In this document: in pieces, positions 47,028 to 55,515 of the stretch
Layout: the number at the start of each line of letters is the position of its first letter
How positions within the stretch are numbered: position 1 is the first letter of the stretch
Assembly (NCBI GenBank): GCA_016186175.1
Contig: JACPMB010000015.1
Coordinates: 1,116-65,115 of the forward strand
Direction: 5' to 3'
Length of the DNA: 64,000 nucleotides
Origin: Candidatus Peregrinibacteria bacterium
GTDB lineage: Bacteria; Patescibacteriota; Gracilibacteria; Peribacterales; Peribacteraceae
Translations under genes and position numbers: made by a program
The notes under the pieces: generated by a model
The model's input: the letters and a program-made list of their open reading frames with translations, nothing else
The model's database searches: none
Told to the model about the DNA's origin: nothing

Positions 47028-47951
47028 GTGACCACCCCTCCGATCCTCCACCGCCGGAATGCCAAACGCCGCAGAAAGATGCAGAACGGCGCAGTGCTCT
47101 CGTGGACGACGATGAGCCATCCTCTTGATGGATTCGGCATTAGGCCGCGGACGGTGGGGCTCATAGAACTTGAAGATGGCACGCGCTCGCTCGGCCAGCT
47201 GCTTGGCGAGCCGCGCATCGGGCAGAAAGTGCGGCCGCGAATGGCCCTCTCGACCGTGAATGCGGACGGGCTGCGCGAGTACGACGTCGCGTACGAGCCG
47301 CTCGTGACCATTGCGTGGAGTCATATCGCGCAGAAGGCGTTCCCCGGCTACATCCTCGCGCTCACAGGGCCCTCCGGCGTCGGCAAGACGACGGTGAGCC
47401 GGATCATCGTGAACATGTTCGGCGAATACGCCGAGGCAGTGCCGATCCTGACGACGCGCTGCGAAAAGGACGGCGACGACGGGGAGTACGCGTACGTGAC
47501 GAAGAAGGAGTTCACGGAAGCAATGAAGATCGGCGACATCGCCTCTTACGCTCGCATCCCCTCCTCCACCGAGGAACGCTGGTACGGCTACCGGCACGCC
47601 GACATCGAGGATATCTGGAAGAAAGGCAAGCTGCCGCTCGTGATCACGGAGATGCACCTGCTGCGCGGGCTCAGCGAGCACTACGGACGCCGATCCATCC
47701 TGAGTTTCGGGCTGCTGCCGCCCGGCAAGAGCCGCCGCGCGATGCTGAGCGCGCTCCTCCACCGCCTGCGCTCCCGCGGCCGCGACGCCGAGGAGCACAT
47801 CAAGGAACGCCTCCAAAACGCCGTGTCGGACCTCGACTTCTTCCGCACAAATGCAGGGTTGTTCAACAAGATTCTGGTGAACGAGGACGTGGACGCAGTG
47901 ATCGCCATGCTCAAAAAGCACGTTCCTGCCTTCGCGGAAGCAAAAAATTGA
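47028..47951 (+). CDS. Fusion protein: DUF35-type OB-fold domain (no zinc ribbon) plus divergent guanylate-kinase-like P-loop kinase domain
   Basis: aa ~18-95, ..GAVLSWTTMSHPLDGFGIRPRTVGLIELEDGTRSLGQLLGEPRIGQKVRPRM.., match the DUF35 C-terminal OB fold. aa ~105-307, ..ILALTGPSGVGKTTVSRII..VPILTTRCEKDGDDGEYAYVTKKEF..WYGY.., match the guanylate kinase pattern GPSGxGK / TTR..G..G..Y.F. It is a single uninterrupted frame. Confidence 0.7.
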   Translation: MTTPPILHRRNAKRRRKMQNGAVLSWTTMSHPLDGFGIRPRTVGLIELEDGTRSLGQLLGEPRIGQKVRPRMALSTVNADGLREYDVAYEPLVTIAWSHIAQKAFPGYILALTGPSGVGKTTVSRIIVNMFGEYAEAVPILTTRCEKDGDDGEYAYVTKKEFTEAMKIGDIASYARIPSSTEERWYGYRHADIEDIWKKGKLPLVITEMHLLRGLSEHYGRRSILSFGLLPPGKSRRAMLSALLHRLRSRGRDAEEHIKERLQNAVSDLDFFRTNAGLFNKILVNEDVDAVIAMLKKHVPAFAEAKN

Positions 47952-48049
47952 ATGAAAACAAATCCTTGTTTTTTTCCAGACAGAAATCATGCGCGAAAAA
48001 AGCAGCGCGAACTCTCAGAGAAAAATTCACCTCGTGGTACAGTGACCGC

Positions 48050-48565
48050 ATGAGTCCCAATGTGAGAATTGAGCGCACGCATAATCGTCACTCGCGCGCC
48101 GTTCTTCAAAATGACACCATTGTGATCCGTCTCGCGCGTCGCCTGGGCATGCGCGACGAACAGCGGCATATCGAGAACCTTGTGCGCCGCATGACTAAAA
48201 TTCTGCATAGGGACAGCCGCCGCACCCGTATTGATCCGTTCTTCCCGATTTTCGACGGACAGACGAGGGAAGTCGCGGCGCTGGTGCATCAAATCAACTC
48301 AGCGACTCTATGCGTATCAATCAAATGCATCCGCCTGCGGCCGATGACAAGCCAGTGGGGCAGTTGTTCCAGTTGCGGCAACATCACGCTCAACACTGCG
48401 CTTTTGAAGCTTCCCCGCCATCTATTGGAATATGTCGTCATTCATGAACTGGCGCACCGGTTGGTGAAAAATCACTCACGGACATTCTGGAATCTTGTGG
48501 AGAGCTTTTATCCGGATGCCAAAGCCGCAAGACGCGAACTTCTGAGCTACCGTTTATCCGGATAA
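48050..48565 (+). CDS. YgjP/DUF45-family (M48-like) metal-dependent hydrolase
   Basis: ..TSQWGSCSS.GNITLNTALLKLPRHLLEYVVIHELAHRLVKNHS.. contains HExxH. Start set at ATG 48050. The long ORF-track extension upstream (47315) is an out-of-frame overlap of the previous gene. Confidence 0.7.
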   Translation: MSPNVRIERTHNRHSRAVLQNDTIVIRLARRLGMRDEQRHIENLVRRMTKILHRDSRRTRIDPFFPIFDGQTREVAALVHQINSATLCVSIKCIRLRPMTSQWGSCSSCGNITLNTALLKLPRHLLEYVVIHELAHRLVKNHSRTFWNLVESFYPDAKAARRELLSYRLSG

Positions 48566-48606
48566 ACATGCTCGGCAAACACGTGCAGGACGTACTTAAC
48601 GAATGG

Positions 48607-49302
48607 TCACCTCGCGCTGCTCACACCCGCATTTGACGCGCGTCCTCCTCTCTTTCCGTACGGGGCGCGCGGGCCGGAACGATTGTCTATCAGGCCGTCG
48701 AAAAGATTGGCCTTGGAGGAAACTGAACCGCGCAGCACGGCCTGCTGTTTGATGCGCGCATTGGATATATCGTTGCCGAGGCCGGTCGTACTGGCCGGCG
48801 TCTTTCCTTCGATGAACTTCTTGCAAAGCGTCATGTACCCCGCCGAGAAGCCCGGGAAATCCCAGCAGCGGCCGACCTTCGCGGCGCGGGCGAGCTCTGC
48901 CCGTTCCCTGACGGATAGAGCGTCGTCGGCAACCTTGTCCTCGGGCGGTTTCACGTAGTCGCTCGTCGAGACCGGATTGGAGCGCACCGGTTCCACTATC
49001 ACGCGATCCTCGACGGGATGATCGAGATAAAAATCAATGCTTTTGCGATTATTGATGTCCGGTTTGGCGAGGCCGGTTTCTCCGTTCTGCAATCGCGTGT
49101 TGTACATCTGCAGCGCGCGGCCGTAATACTGTCGGTCTTTTGGCGTCACGGCGCGGTGAAGCCGAACTATCGTGCCGTCCTTCGTTTGGAACGCGACATT
49201 TTGCGTCGCCGCGCGCAGCGACTGCGATACAGAAAGCGGAAGCGAAATCCCAACGAACAACGAAACTGCGAAAATTGCGACGTAGCGGACTTTGAAGGTC
49301 AT
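48607..49302 (-). CDS. Hypothetical secreted protein
   Basis: 231 aa with the signal-like start MTFKVRYVAIFAVSLFVGISLPLSVSQSLRA. Confidence 0.55.
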   Translation of the reverse strand: MTFKVRYVAIFAVSLFVGISLPLSVSQSLRAATQNVAFQTKDGTIVRLHRAVTPKDRQYYGRALQMYNTRLQNGETGLAKPDINNRKSIDFYLDHPVEDRVIVEPVRSNPVSTSDYVKPPEDKVADDALSVRERAELARAAKVGRCWDFPGFSAGYMTLCKKFIEGKTPASTTGLGNDISNARIKQQAVLRGSVSSKANLFDGLIDNRSGPRAPYGKRGGRASNAGVSSAR

Positions 49303-49348
49303 GATAATTCTGTTTAGTATGTAGAAGCATTATACTATATTTTTGTAA

Positions 49349-50317
49349 TTATCGCAACCCCGTCGCCTGCCGCACCCGTTCCATGGTTTCCAAAGCAATG
49401 ATTCCGGCCTTTTTGGCACCTTCGGACATTATCTGCTCGACATAACGCATGTTCTTCTTCAAATCATCTCTTCGTTTGCGCATCGGCGCAAAGTGATCAA
49501 AAACGGTCTGAAGGAGGCGCTTCTTCGCTTCGCCGTACGCCAATCCCCCGCGGTACTCCGCGGCGAGCGTCTTTCGCCCGCCATCGTCGAGGAAAAGCTT
49601 GTGAATCTGGAAAATGACGCACGTATCCGGATCCTTCGGATCGTTGACACCCTTGGAATCCGTTACGATCCCCATGACCGCTTTTTTAACTGCTTCCTCG
49701 GATCCGAAGAGAGGGATGATATTGCCGTAACTCTTGCTCATTTTCTGTCCGTCGGCGCCGGGCACCACCGCGACCTCTGCGCGGATCAAAGGCTCGGGCA
49801 CGACGAGCGTCTCGCCGTACGCGCGATTGAACTTGACTGCTATATCACGCGCCATTTCAAGGTGCTGCTTCTGATCCTTGCCGACCGGCACCAGATCGGC
49901 CGCATAGAGGAGGATATCCGCTGCCATGAGGACCGGATACGCGAAAAGTCCGACCGAAGCCGCTATGCCTTTCTCCACTTTCTCTTTGTAGCTGACTGCG
50001 CGCTCCAGCAGCCCCATCGGCGTGACTGTGGAAAGTATCCACGCGAGTTCTGCGTGGAACGGGACGTCGGACTGGAAATAGAGCACGGACTTCTCTGGAT
50101 CAAAGCCGCACGCCAGATAATCCAGCACCGTATCCAGCCGCAGCCGACGCAGCTCCTCCGGATCATGTATCGTAGTGAGGGCATGCAAGTCAGCGACGAA
50201 GTAAAAGCTCGACCCGGCTTTTTGCGCATATTCAAGATTCGGTCTGATCGAACCGAAATAATTTCCGAGATGCAATTGGCCGGAGGGCTGGATGCCGGAG
50301 AGAACTCTCATGGCCAT
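49349..50317 (-). CDS. trpS: Tryptophanyl-tRNA synthetase
   Basis: ..LSGIQPSGQLHLGNYFG.., ..AYPVLMAADILLY.., ..DGQKMSKSYGN.. Confidence 0.9.
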   Translation of the reverse strand: MAMRVLSGIQPSGQLHLGNYFGSIRPNLEYAQKAGSSFYFVADLHALTTIHDPEELRRLRLDTVLDYLACGFDPEKSVLYFQSDVPFHAELAWILSTVTPMGLLERAVSYKEKVEKGIAASVGLFAYPVLMAADILLYAADLVPVGKDQKQHLEMARDIAVKFNRAYGETLVVPEPLIRAEVAVVPGADGQKMSKSYGNIIPLFGSEEAVKKAVMGIVTDSKGVNDPKDPDTCVIFQIHKLFLDDGGRKTLAAEYRGGLAYGEAKKRLLQTVFDHFAPMRKRRDDLKKNMRYVEQIMSEGAKKAGIIALETMERVRQATGLR

Positions 50318-50323
50318 AGAATA

Positions 50324-50995
50324 TCAGAGTTTTTTCAGCGCCTCCTCAAACACTTTCGGCATCTCTGCCTCGATCGTGATTTCCTTCCCGGTAATAGGAT
50401 GCGGCAGCGATACCCTGAGAGCGTGCAGAAAGAATCGCCGGTATCCGGTATATTTGCTGAATTTCCGGTTAAATTTCTCGTCTCCGTAGAGCGCATCGAG
50501 AACCAGGGGATGATGAATCATCTGGAAATGACGTCGGATTTGATGGTGGCGGCCGGTCTCAATCTCCACTTCCACATATGTTGAACCTTCAAAACGAGCA
50601 AGAACGGCAAAGCGGGTCAGAGCATACACTTGTCCTGAGCGGAGCGAAGGATTGCCATCCCCCTTCGCCCGCGCGGGCAGCGGCATGTTTATTTCGCCGT
50701 GATTATCTTCAATCCTGCCGGCGACTATCGTCCTGTAGACCTTTTTCCAGCCACTGAATTTAGATTTAATCGCGCAGGCTAGGACTGTTTTGTTACGCGC
50801 GAACACTACCACTCCAGAAGTTTCGAAATCCAGGCGATTTAGCGGATGAATGCCAGGATATTCTTTTTTAAGGAAATCCAGCATCGGCAGCCTCTGTACG
50901 TTCCCCGCTCCCTTCACAACCAATTCGCCCGCCAGTTTGTTCACCGCAAGAATCGCGTCGTCGCAATGGAGAACGCGGTCGCGTGAGATCGGCAT
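50324..50995 (-). CDS. RluA-family pseudouridine synthase (no S4 domain)
   Basis: ..HPLNRLDFETSGVVVFARN.. (catalytic Asp motif), ..GRHHQIRRHF.. Confidence 0.85.
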   Translation of the reverse strand: MPISRDRVLHCDDAILAVNKLAGELVVKGAGNVQRLPMLDFLKKEYPGIHPLNRLDFETSGVVVFARNKTVLACAIKSKFSGWKKVYRTIVAGRIEDNHGEINMPLPARAKGDGNPSLRSGQVYALTRFAVLARFEGSTYVEVEIETGRHHQIRRHFQMIHHPLVLDALYGDEKFNRKFSKYTGYRRFFLHALRVSLPHPITGKEITIEAEMPKVFEEALKKL

Positions 50996-51037
50996 GAATG
51001 CAGTGTAGCGAACAATCTGGCAGACTGGACGACGCTG

Positions 51038-51289
51038 CTACTTGTCTTGCAAATCCTCCGAAGGACCGGAATCCGCAGACCAACCCGTCGCCGTGGGATC
51101 CAAATCAAAAAGCTCATCATCTTCGTCATCCGCAACTGGCGGCGAAGCAGGCACGCCGGAGTTAAGAGCGCCATCAAACGCATGCCGACACCAGTCGTTC
51201 AGAATGCCAGGTGCGACAAGTTCTCCGGAAGATGCTCCAGACGCATCAAGCTCGCGCGGCTCATCCGGTGGATTATTTGGAACGTTCAT
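51038..51289 (-). CDS. Possible small acidic Pro-rich protein
   Basis: 83-aa ORF 42 nt upstream of the pseudouridine synthase gene. The sequence is low-complexity and other frames are also open, so support is weak. Confidence 0.25.
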   Translation of the reverse strand: MNVPNNPPDEPRELDASGASSGELVAPGILNDWCRHAFDGALNSGVPASPPVADDEDDELFDLDPTATGWSADSGPSEDLQDK

Positions 51290-51456
51290 AGTAGTCGGAA
51301 CTCTGATTCTAATGTTTTATATGCTGATGTCAACTCCCCTGCCAATGGTGCAGTTCTCCGCGACTTGTATGCCTGCGCGATGTACTTGAATTTGATGACG
51401 ACCAATTTCCGTCAGAGTTATTGACGTAATGCGGAACACAAGGAGAATGGCGGCGC

Positions 51457-53139
51457 ATGAATAAGACATGCAGGCAGTGTGCCGCGCCATTCACCGTCGG
51501 CCAGGATGACCTCGCGATGCTGAGCAAGCTCTCGCCCCAGATCGGCGGCAATGTGTACCAGCTGCCGGCGCCGGCCCTGTGCCCCGACTGCCGACTGCAG
51601 CGGCGTCTGGCATGGCGCAACGAACGCGCATTGTACTTCCGCAATTGCGACTCCACCGGCAACCGCATACTTTCGATATTCGCGCCCGACGGCCCATACA
51701 AGGTTTTCCACCATGAAGCGTGGTACGGCGACGGCTGGAACGCTCTGGACTGCGGGCGGCCGTTTGATTTTTCGCGGCCGTTCTTCGATCAATTCATGGA
51801 TCTGATGGAGGCTGTCCCGCTGCTCGCGCTCAATATCATCAGCGTGCAGAATTGCGAGTACGTGAACGAATGTGGATGGTCGAAGAACTGCTACCTCACA
51901 ATCGAGGCAGATCAGAACGAGGATTCGATGTACGGCTACCGCGTGTTTTTCGTCAAAAACTGCGTTGATTGCACCGAAGTCGTCCGATCGCAGCAATGCT
52001 ACGAGTGCATGGATTGCGAGAATTGCTTCAATCTCCGCTGGAGCCAGCTGTGCAAACAGTGCTCGGACTCGAGCTTCCTCTTCGACTGCCGCGGGTGCGC
52101 AAATTGCTTCGGTTGCGCCGGGCTGCGGCAGAAAAAGCACTGCCTCTTTAACGCTCAACTGACGGAAGAAAAGTTCAAATTTCATATGAAAACCTTCGAT
52201 CCATGCAATCCAAGCCATCTGAAGGCCGCACTGGAGCAATTCGAGAAAATAAAATTCTCCGTTCCGCGCAAAGCATTCGTCGGGGAACAGAACGACAATG
52301 TTTCGGGCGGCTACATTTTCCAGAGCAAGAACGCGCACGACTGTTTCAACATCCGCGGCTGCCGTGACTGCAGATACGTGGACTACATCCGCGATAGCAG
52401 GGACTGCATGGATTATTTCGTCTGGGGCGACAAAGCCGAGCAGGTGTACGAAGCCGAGTCCTGCGGGCACAATGTGCAGAACATCCGATTCTGCTGCACG
52501 TGCCTGGAAAACGTTCACGATCTCCTCTACTGCTATCTTTGCGCGCTCGGCACCAACAACTGCTTAGGATGCGTCGGCCTGAAGCGCCAGAAGCACTGCA
52601 TTCTCAACAGGCAATACGCGAAGGAGGAATACGAAGCGCTCGTGCCGAAGATCATCAAACACATGCAGAACTCCGGAGAGTGGGGCGAGTTCTACCCTGT
52701 AAACAACAGTCCTTTCGCGTACAACGAAACGACGGCGCAGGATTACTTCCCGATGACGCAGGAGCAGGCGACCGCGCTCCAGTGGCGCTGGAAGGAAAAA
52801 CTCCCTTCCCATGCCGGAACAGGCAAAGTTGAGCCGGTTCCACATGGTGACATCGCCAACATATCTGATGACGTCACCAAGAAGATATTCGCCTGCGAGG
52901 CGACGGGCAAATCTTTCCGCGTCACCGTCCAAGAACTGCGGTTCTACCGCGACAACCGCCTTCCCCTCCCCCGCTTCCATCCCGATGAACGCCATAAGCG
53001 GCGTATGACCATGAGGAATCCGAGGAAACTATGGGATCGGACGTGCGCGACGTGCAGAACGAAGATACGGACGTCCTACGCTCCCGAGCGGCCGGAGAAA
53101 ATTTTGTGCGAGGAGTGCTATTTGAAGGAGGTCTATTGA
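51457..53139 (+). CDS. Cys-rich repeat protein, paralog 1 (zinc-ribbon termini, two CxxC-repeat modules)
   Basis: 560 aa. N-terminus MNKTCRQCAAPFTV..CPDCRLQRRLAWRNERALYFRNC.., module ends ..CRGCANCFGCAGLRQKKHCLFNAQLTEE.. and ..CLGCVGLKRQKHCILNRQYAKEEYE.., C-terminus ..LPLPRFHPDERHKRRMTMRNPRKLWDRTCATC..YAPERPEKILCEECY.. Confidence 0.8.
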   Translation: MNKTCRQCAAPFTVGQDDLAMLSKLSPQIGGNVYQLPAPALCPDCRLQRRLAWRNERALYFRNCDSTGNRILSIFAPDGPYKVFHHEAWYGDGWNALDCGRPFDFSRPFFDQFMDLMEAVPLLALNIISVQNCEYVNECGWSKNCYLTIEADQNEDSMYGYRVFFVKNCVDCTEVVRSQQCYECMDCENCFNLRWSQLCKQCSDSSFLFDCRGCANCFGCAGLRQKKHCLFNAQLTEEKFKFHMKTFDPCNPSHLKAALEQFEKIKFSVPRKAFVGEQNDNVSGGYIFQSKNAHDCFNIRGCRDCRYVDYIRDSRDCMDYFVWGDKAEQVYEAESCGHNVQNIRFCCTCLENVHDLLYCYLCALGTNNCLGCVGLKRQKHCILNRQYAKEEYEALVPKIIKHMQNSGEWGEFYPVNNSPFAYNETTAQDYFPMTQEQATALQWRWKEKLPSHAGTGKVEPVPHGDIANISDDVTKKIFACEATGKSFRVTVQELRFYRDNRLPLPRFHPDERHKRRMTMRNPRKLWDRTCATCRTKIRTSYAPERPEKILCEECYLKEVY

Positions 53140-53164
53140 GGAATGCACTTGTCATCCTTCGCTT
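53071..53164 (+). repeat. 94-nt near-identical segment shared by the 3' ends of paralogs 1 and 2 (copy 1)
   Basis: 1 mismatch to 54782..54875. Spans the last ~23 codons, the stop and ~25 nt of flank (..ggaatgcacttgtcatccttcgctt). Confidence 0.9.
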
Positions 53165-53173
53165 GTTCTTCCC

Positions 53174-54850
53174 ATGGAACGATCCTGCACCAAGTGCGGC
53201 CAGACCTTCACCATCCACCCCGATGAACAGGAGTTCGTGAAGAAGATGGTCTTCACGTTCGGGGAGAAAACGATCGCTCTCCCGCTCCCTAAAGAGTGTC
53301 CTGACTGCCGGTTGAAAAACCGCACTTGCTACCGCAACGAGCAGTACCTCTACAAAGTCCGCTCGGCGTTCTCCGGCAAGGACATCGTTTCGATCATGAG
53401 CGAGAAGCCTGTGTGGGGGGAGCCGTATAAGATCTATGATCAGGATGAATGGCGCAGTAACGCGTGGGATCCATTGAGTTACGGGCGGGAGTTTGATGCT
53501 CAGCGTCCGTTCTTTGAGCAGTTCGCGCAACTGCAGAAGAGCGTGCCGCGCATGGCGCTGATCACGTTGGGAAATGAGAATTCCGGCTTCACGACGGGGA
53601 CGGGGTATTGCAAGAATTGCTACCTGATCAACTCCTCGGAGAATTGCGAGGATTGCTACTACGGCAAACTCCTGCAGAAGTGCAGCGACTCGATGGATTG
53701 CAGTTATCTCTATAATTCGCAGCTCTGCTACGAATGTTTCTCCGTTTACGATTCATATAACTGCCAGTGGCTCTCATTCAGCGCCAATTGCCGTGATTGC
53801 TTCTTTGCGAGCAATCTGACGGCCTGCAGCAACTGCTGCCTCTGCACCAATCTTAATCACAGAGAGTACTGTTTCATGAACAAGCCGATGAAGAAGGAGG
53901 AATACGACAAGCGTCTGAAGGAATTTCGCGGATATTTCGAGAGAACGGAACAAATGAAGGAGATTCGACGCAGAATGATGCAAACTATGCTGCGCAAGTA
54001 CGCCAACATCGTGAACTGTCAGGACTGCACCGGCGATTACCTGGAGAATTCGAAGCACTGCCTTGATTGCTACGACGTGAACGAGAGTCAGGACAGTCGC
54101 TATGTCACCGTCGGCGTGAATGTGAAGGACAATTACGACTGCAGCAACATGTATCTGAAGTCTGAACTCTGTTACATGACGCTCGGGACGATTGAAGTCT
54201 ACGGATCCGCCTACTGTTTGTTCGTGTTTCATTCGCAGCGGCTGCTCTTTTGCGACCATTGCTTCAACTGCAGTGATTGCTTCGGATGCGTGGGGCTCAC
54301 GCGAAAGAAGTTCTGCATCTTGAACAAGCAGTATTCAAAGGAAGAATACGAGGAGCTCGTTCCAAAAATCATCACGAATATGGAGAAGTTGGGTGAGTGG
54401 GGGCAGTATTTTCCTACAAAGTATTCTCCTTTCGGTTACAACGAATCCCTCGCTTCGGAGTACTTTCCGCTCTCGGAGAAAGAAGCGAAGGCGCAGGGTT
54501 TCCATTGGCGAGAGAAGGACGCGCGTGACTACAAGCCACAGACGACCGCACTCGCTGACCGGATTGATCAGACGACTGATTCAGTGACGAAGGAAATCCT
54601 CGCCTGTAAGCAATGCACCAAGAACTATCGTGTGATCCCGCAGGAACTCTCGTATTACCAGAAGCAGGTTCTGCCGGTTCCTCATAGATGCCCGGAATGC
54701 CGGCACGCAGATAGGCTGAAGCTGCGCAATCCGCGGAAACTCTGGCGGTGCAAGTGCGCGAATTGCGGGAAAGACATCAACACGACCTACGCTCCCGAGC
54801 GGCCGGAGAAAATTTTGTGCGAGGAGTGCTATTTGAAGGAGGTCTATTGA
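53174..54850 (+). CDS. Cys-rich repeat protein, paralog 2
   Basis: 558 aa. MERSCTKCGQTFTI..CPDCRLKNRTCYRNEQYLY.., ..CFNCSDCFGCVGLTRKKFCILNKQYSKEEYE.., ..LPVPHRCPECRHADRLKLRNPRKLWRCKCANCGK..YAPERPEKILCEECY.. Confidence 0.8.
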   Translation: MERSCTKCGQTFTIHPDEQEFVKKMVFTFGEKTIALPLPKECPDCRLKNRTCYRNEQYLYKVRSAFSGKDIVSIMSEKPVWGEPYKIYDQDEWRSNAWDPLSYGREFDAQRPFFEQFAQLQKSVPRMALITLGNENSGFTTGTGYCKNCYLINSSENCEDCYYGKLLQKCSDSMDCSYLYNSQLCYECFSVYDSYNCQWLSFSANCRDCFFASNLTACSNCCLCTNLNHREYCFMNKPMKKEEYDKRLKEFRGYFERTEQMKEIRRRMMQTMLRKYANIVNCQDCTGDYLENSKHCLDCYDVNESQDSRYVTVGVNVKDNYDCSNMYLKSELCYMTLGTIEVYGSAYCLFVFHSQRLLFCDHCFNCSDCFGCVGLTRKKFCILNKQYSKEEYEELVPKIITNMEKLGEWGQYFPTKYSPFGYNESLASEYFPLSEKEAKAQGFHWREKDARDYKPQTTALADRIDQTTDSVTKEILACKQCTKNYRVIPQELSYYQKQVLPVPHRCPECRHADRLKLRNPRKLWRCKCANCGKDINTTYAPERPEKILCEECYLKEVY

Positions 54851-54875
54851 GGAATGCACTTGTCATCCTTCGCTT
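54782..54875 (+). repeat. 94-nt near-identical segment shared by the 3' ends of paralogs 1 and 2 (copy 2)
   Basis: See 53071..53164. The first 28 nt (acgacctacgctcccgagcggccggaga) also recur at 57180..57207 in paralog 3. Confidence 0.9.
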
Positions 54876-54889
54876 CGCTCAGGATGACA
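54861..54889. repeat. Hairpin with conserved 11-nt loop (family member H1)
   Basis: Stem tgtcatcct / aggatgaca (9 bp). Loop tcgcttcgctc, the complement of GAGCGAAGCGA. Confidence 0.8.
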
Positions 54890-54905
54890 ACGCAAGTGTA
54901 TGTAT

Positions 54906-54928
54906 GGCCCTTCGCTCCGCTCAGGGCC
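54906..54928. repeat. Hairpin with conserved 11-nt loop (H2)
   Basis: Stem ggccct / agggcc (6 bp). Loop tcgctccgctc, the complement of GAGCGGAGCGA. Confidence 0.75.
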
Positions 54929-55349
54929 CCGGAGCCCATTCGGAAGCCTGGGCGGAGCGAAGGCTTTCCATATCCAAATCGCTTGTCATGCTGAGCCCTT
55001 CGCTCCAGCTCTGAACAAGCTCCGTCGAACCACAACCCCGAAAGAACTTACAATGTGTTTGATTCTGACATTCTGACAATTTCGGAATTTTTTCGTACTC
55101 CCCGTTAATCAATGCCTCTTTCTTTTCTCTTCTCCAACCTTTGAGAATTTTTTCCCATCGAATTGCTGCACGGACATCTCTGAACGATTCTGAATGGACA
55201 AGACTCACTGGACGACGCTTTAACGTATAGCAGTGTTCGTTTATTCCTCGTTGATGCTCTTCTACGCGTGCGATCACGTTATTGGTGATACCGGTGTAAT
55301 AGCTGCCATCAGCACATTGAAGAATGTATACGGTGTAGTCACGTCTCAT
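54921..55349 (-). CDS. GIY-YIG nuclease-family protein (UPF0213-like)
   Basis: MRRDYTVYILQCADGSYYTGITNNVIARVEEHQRG.. is the GIY..YxG..R..H core. The last ~50 codons read through hairpin repeats, so the C-terminal tail is probably repeat-derived. Confidence 0.75.
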   Translation of the reverse strand: MRRDYTVYILQCADGSYYTGITNNVIARVEEHQRGINEHCYTLKRRPVSLVHSESFRDVRAAIRWEKILKGWRREKKEALINGEYEKIPKLSECQNQTHCKFFRGCGSTELVQSWSEGLSMTSDLDMESLRSAQASEWAPGP

Positions 55350-55469
55350 GTATGCACCGTAAAACAACAGACTTTCCTTTGGGAACGTACATTTGGCATT
55401 TCATCTTTTTCAATTACAAGATTTACTCTAATACAAGCCAATTTTTGGCGTTCTATAGGTGCGTAGAAC

Positions 55470-55496
55470 GGGACCCTGAGCGGAGCGAAGGGTCCC
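55470..55496. repeat. Hairpin with conserved 11-nt loop (H5)
   Basis: Stem gggaccct / agggtccc (8 bp). Loop GAGCGGAGCGA. Confidence 0.8.
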
Positions 55497-55515
55497 CTAA
55501 AAAGAGGTTCTTTGT

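Noticed and set aside
47315-48049. Upstream 245 codons of the 416-aa ORF 47315-48565
   Set aside because: This part is an out-of-frame overlap of the DUF35/kinase fusion gene and is Arg/Pro/Ala-rich junk. Only the region from ATG 48050 shows DUF45/HExxH features.
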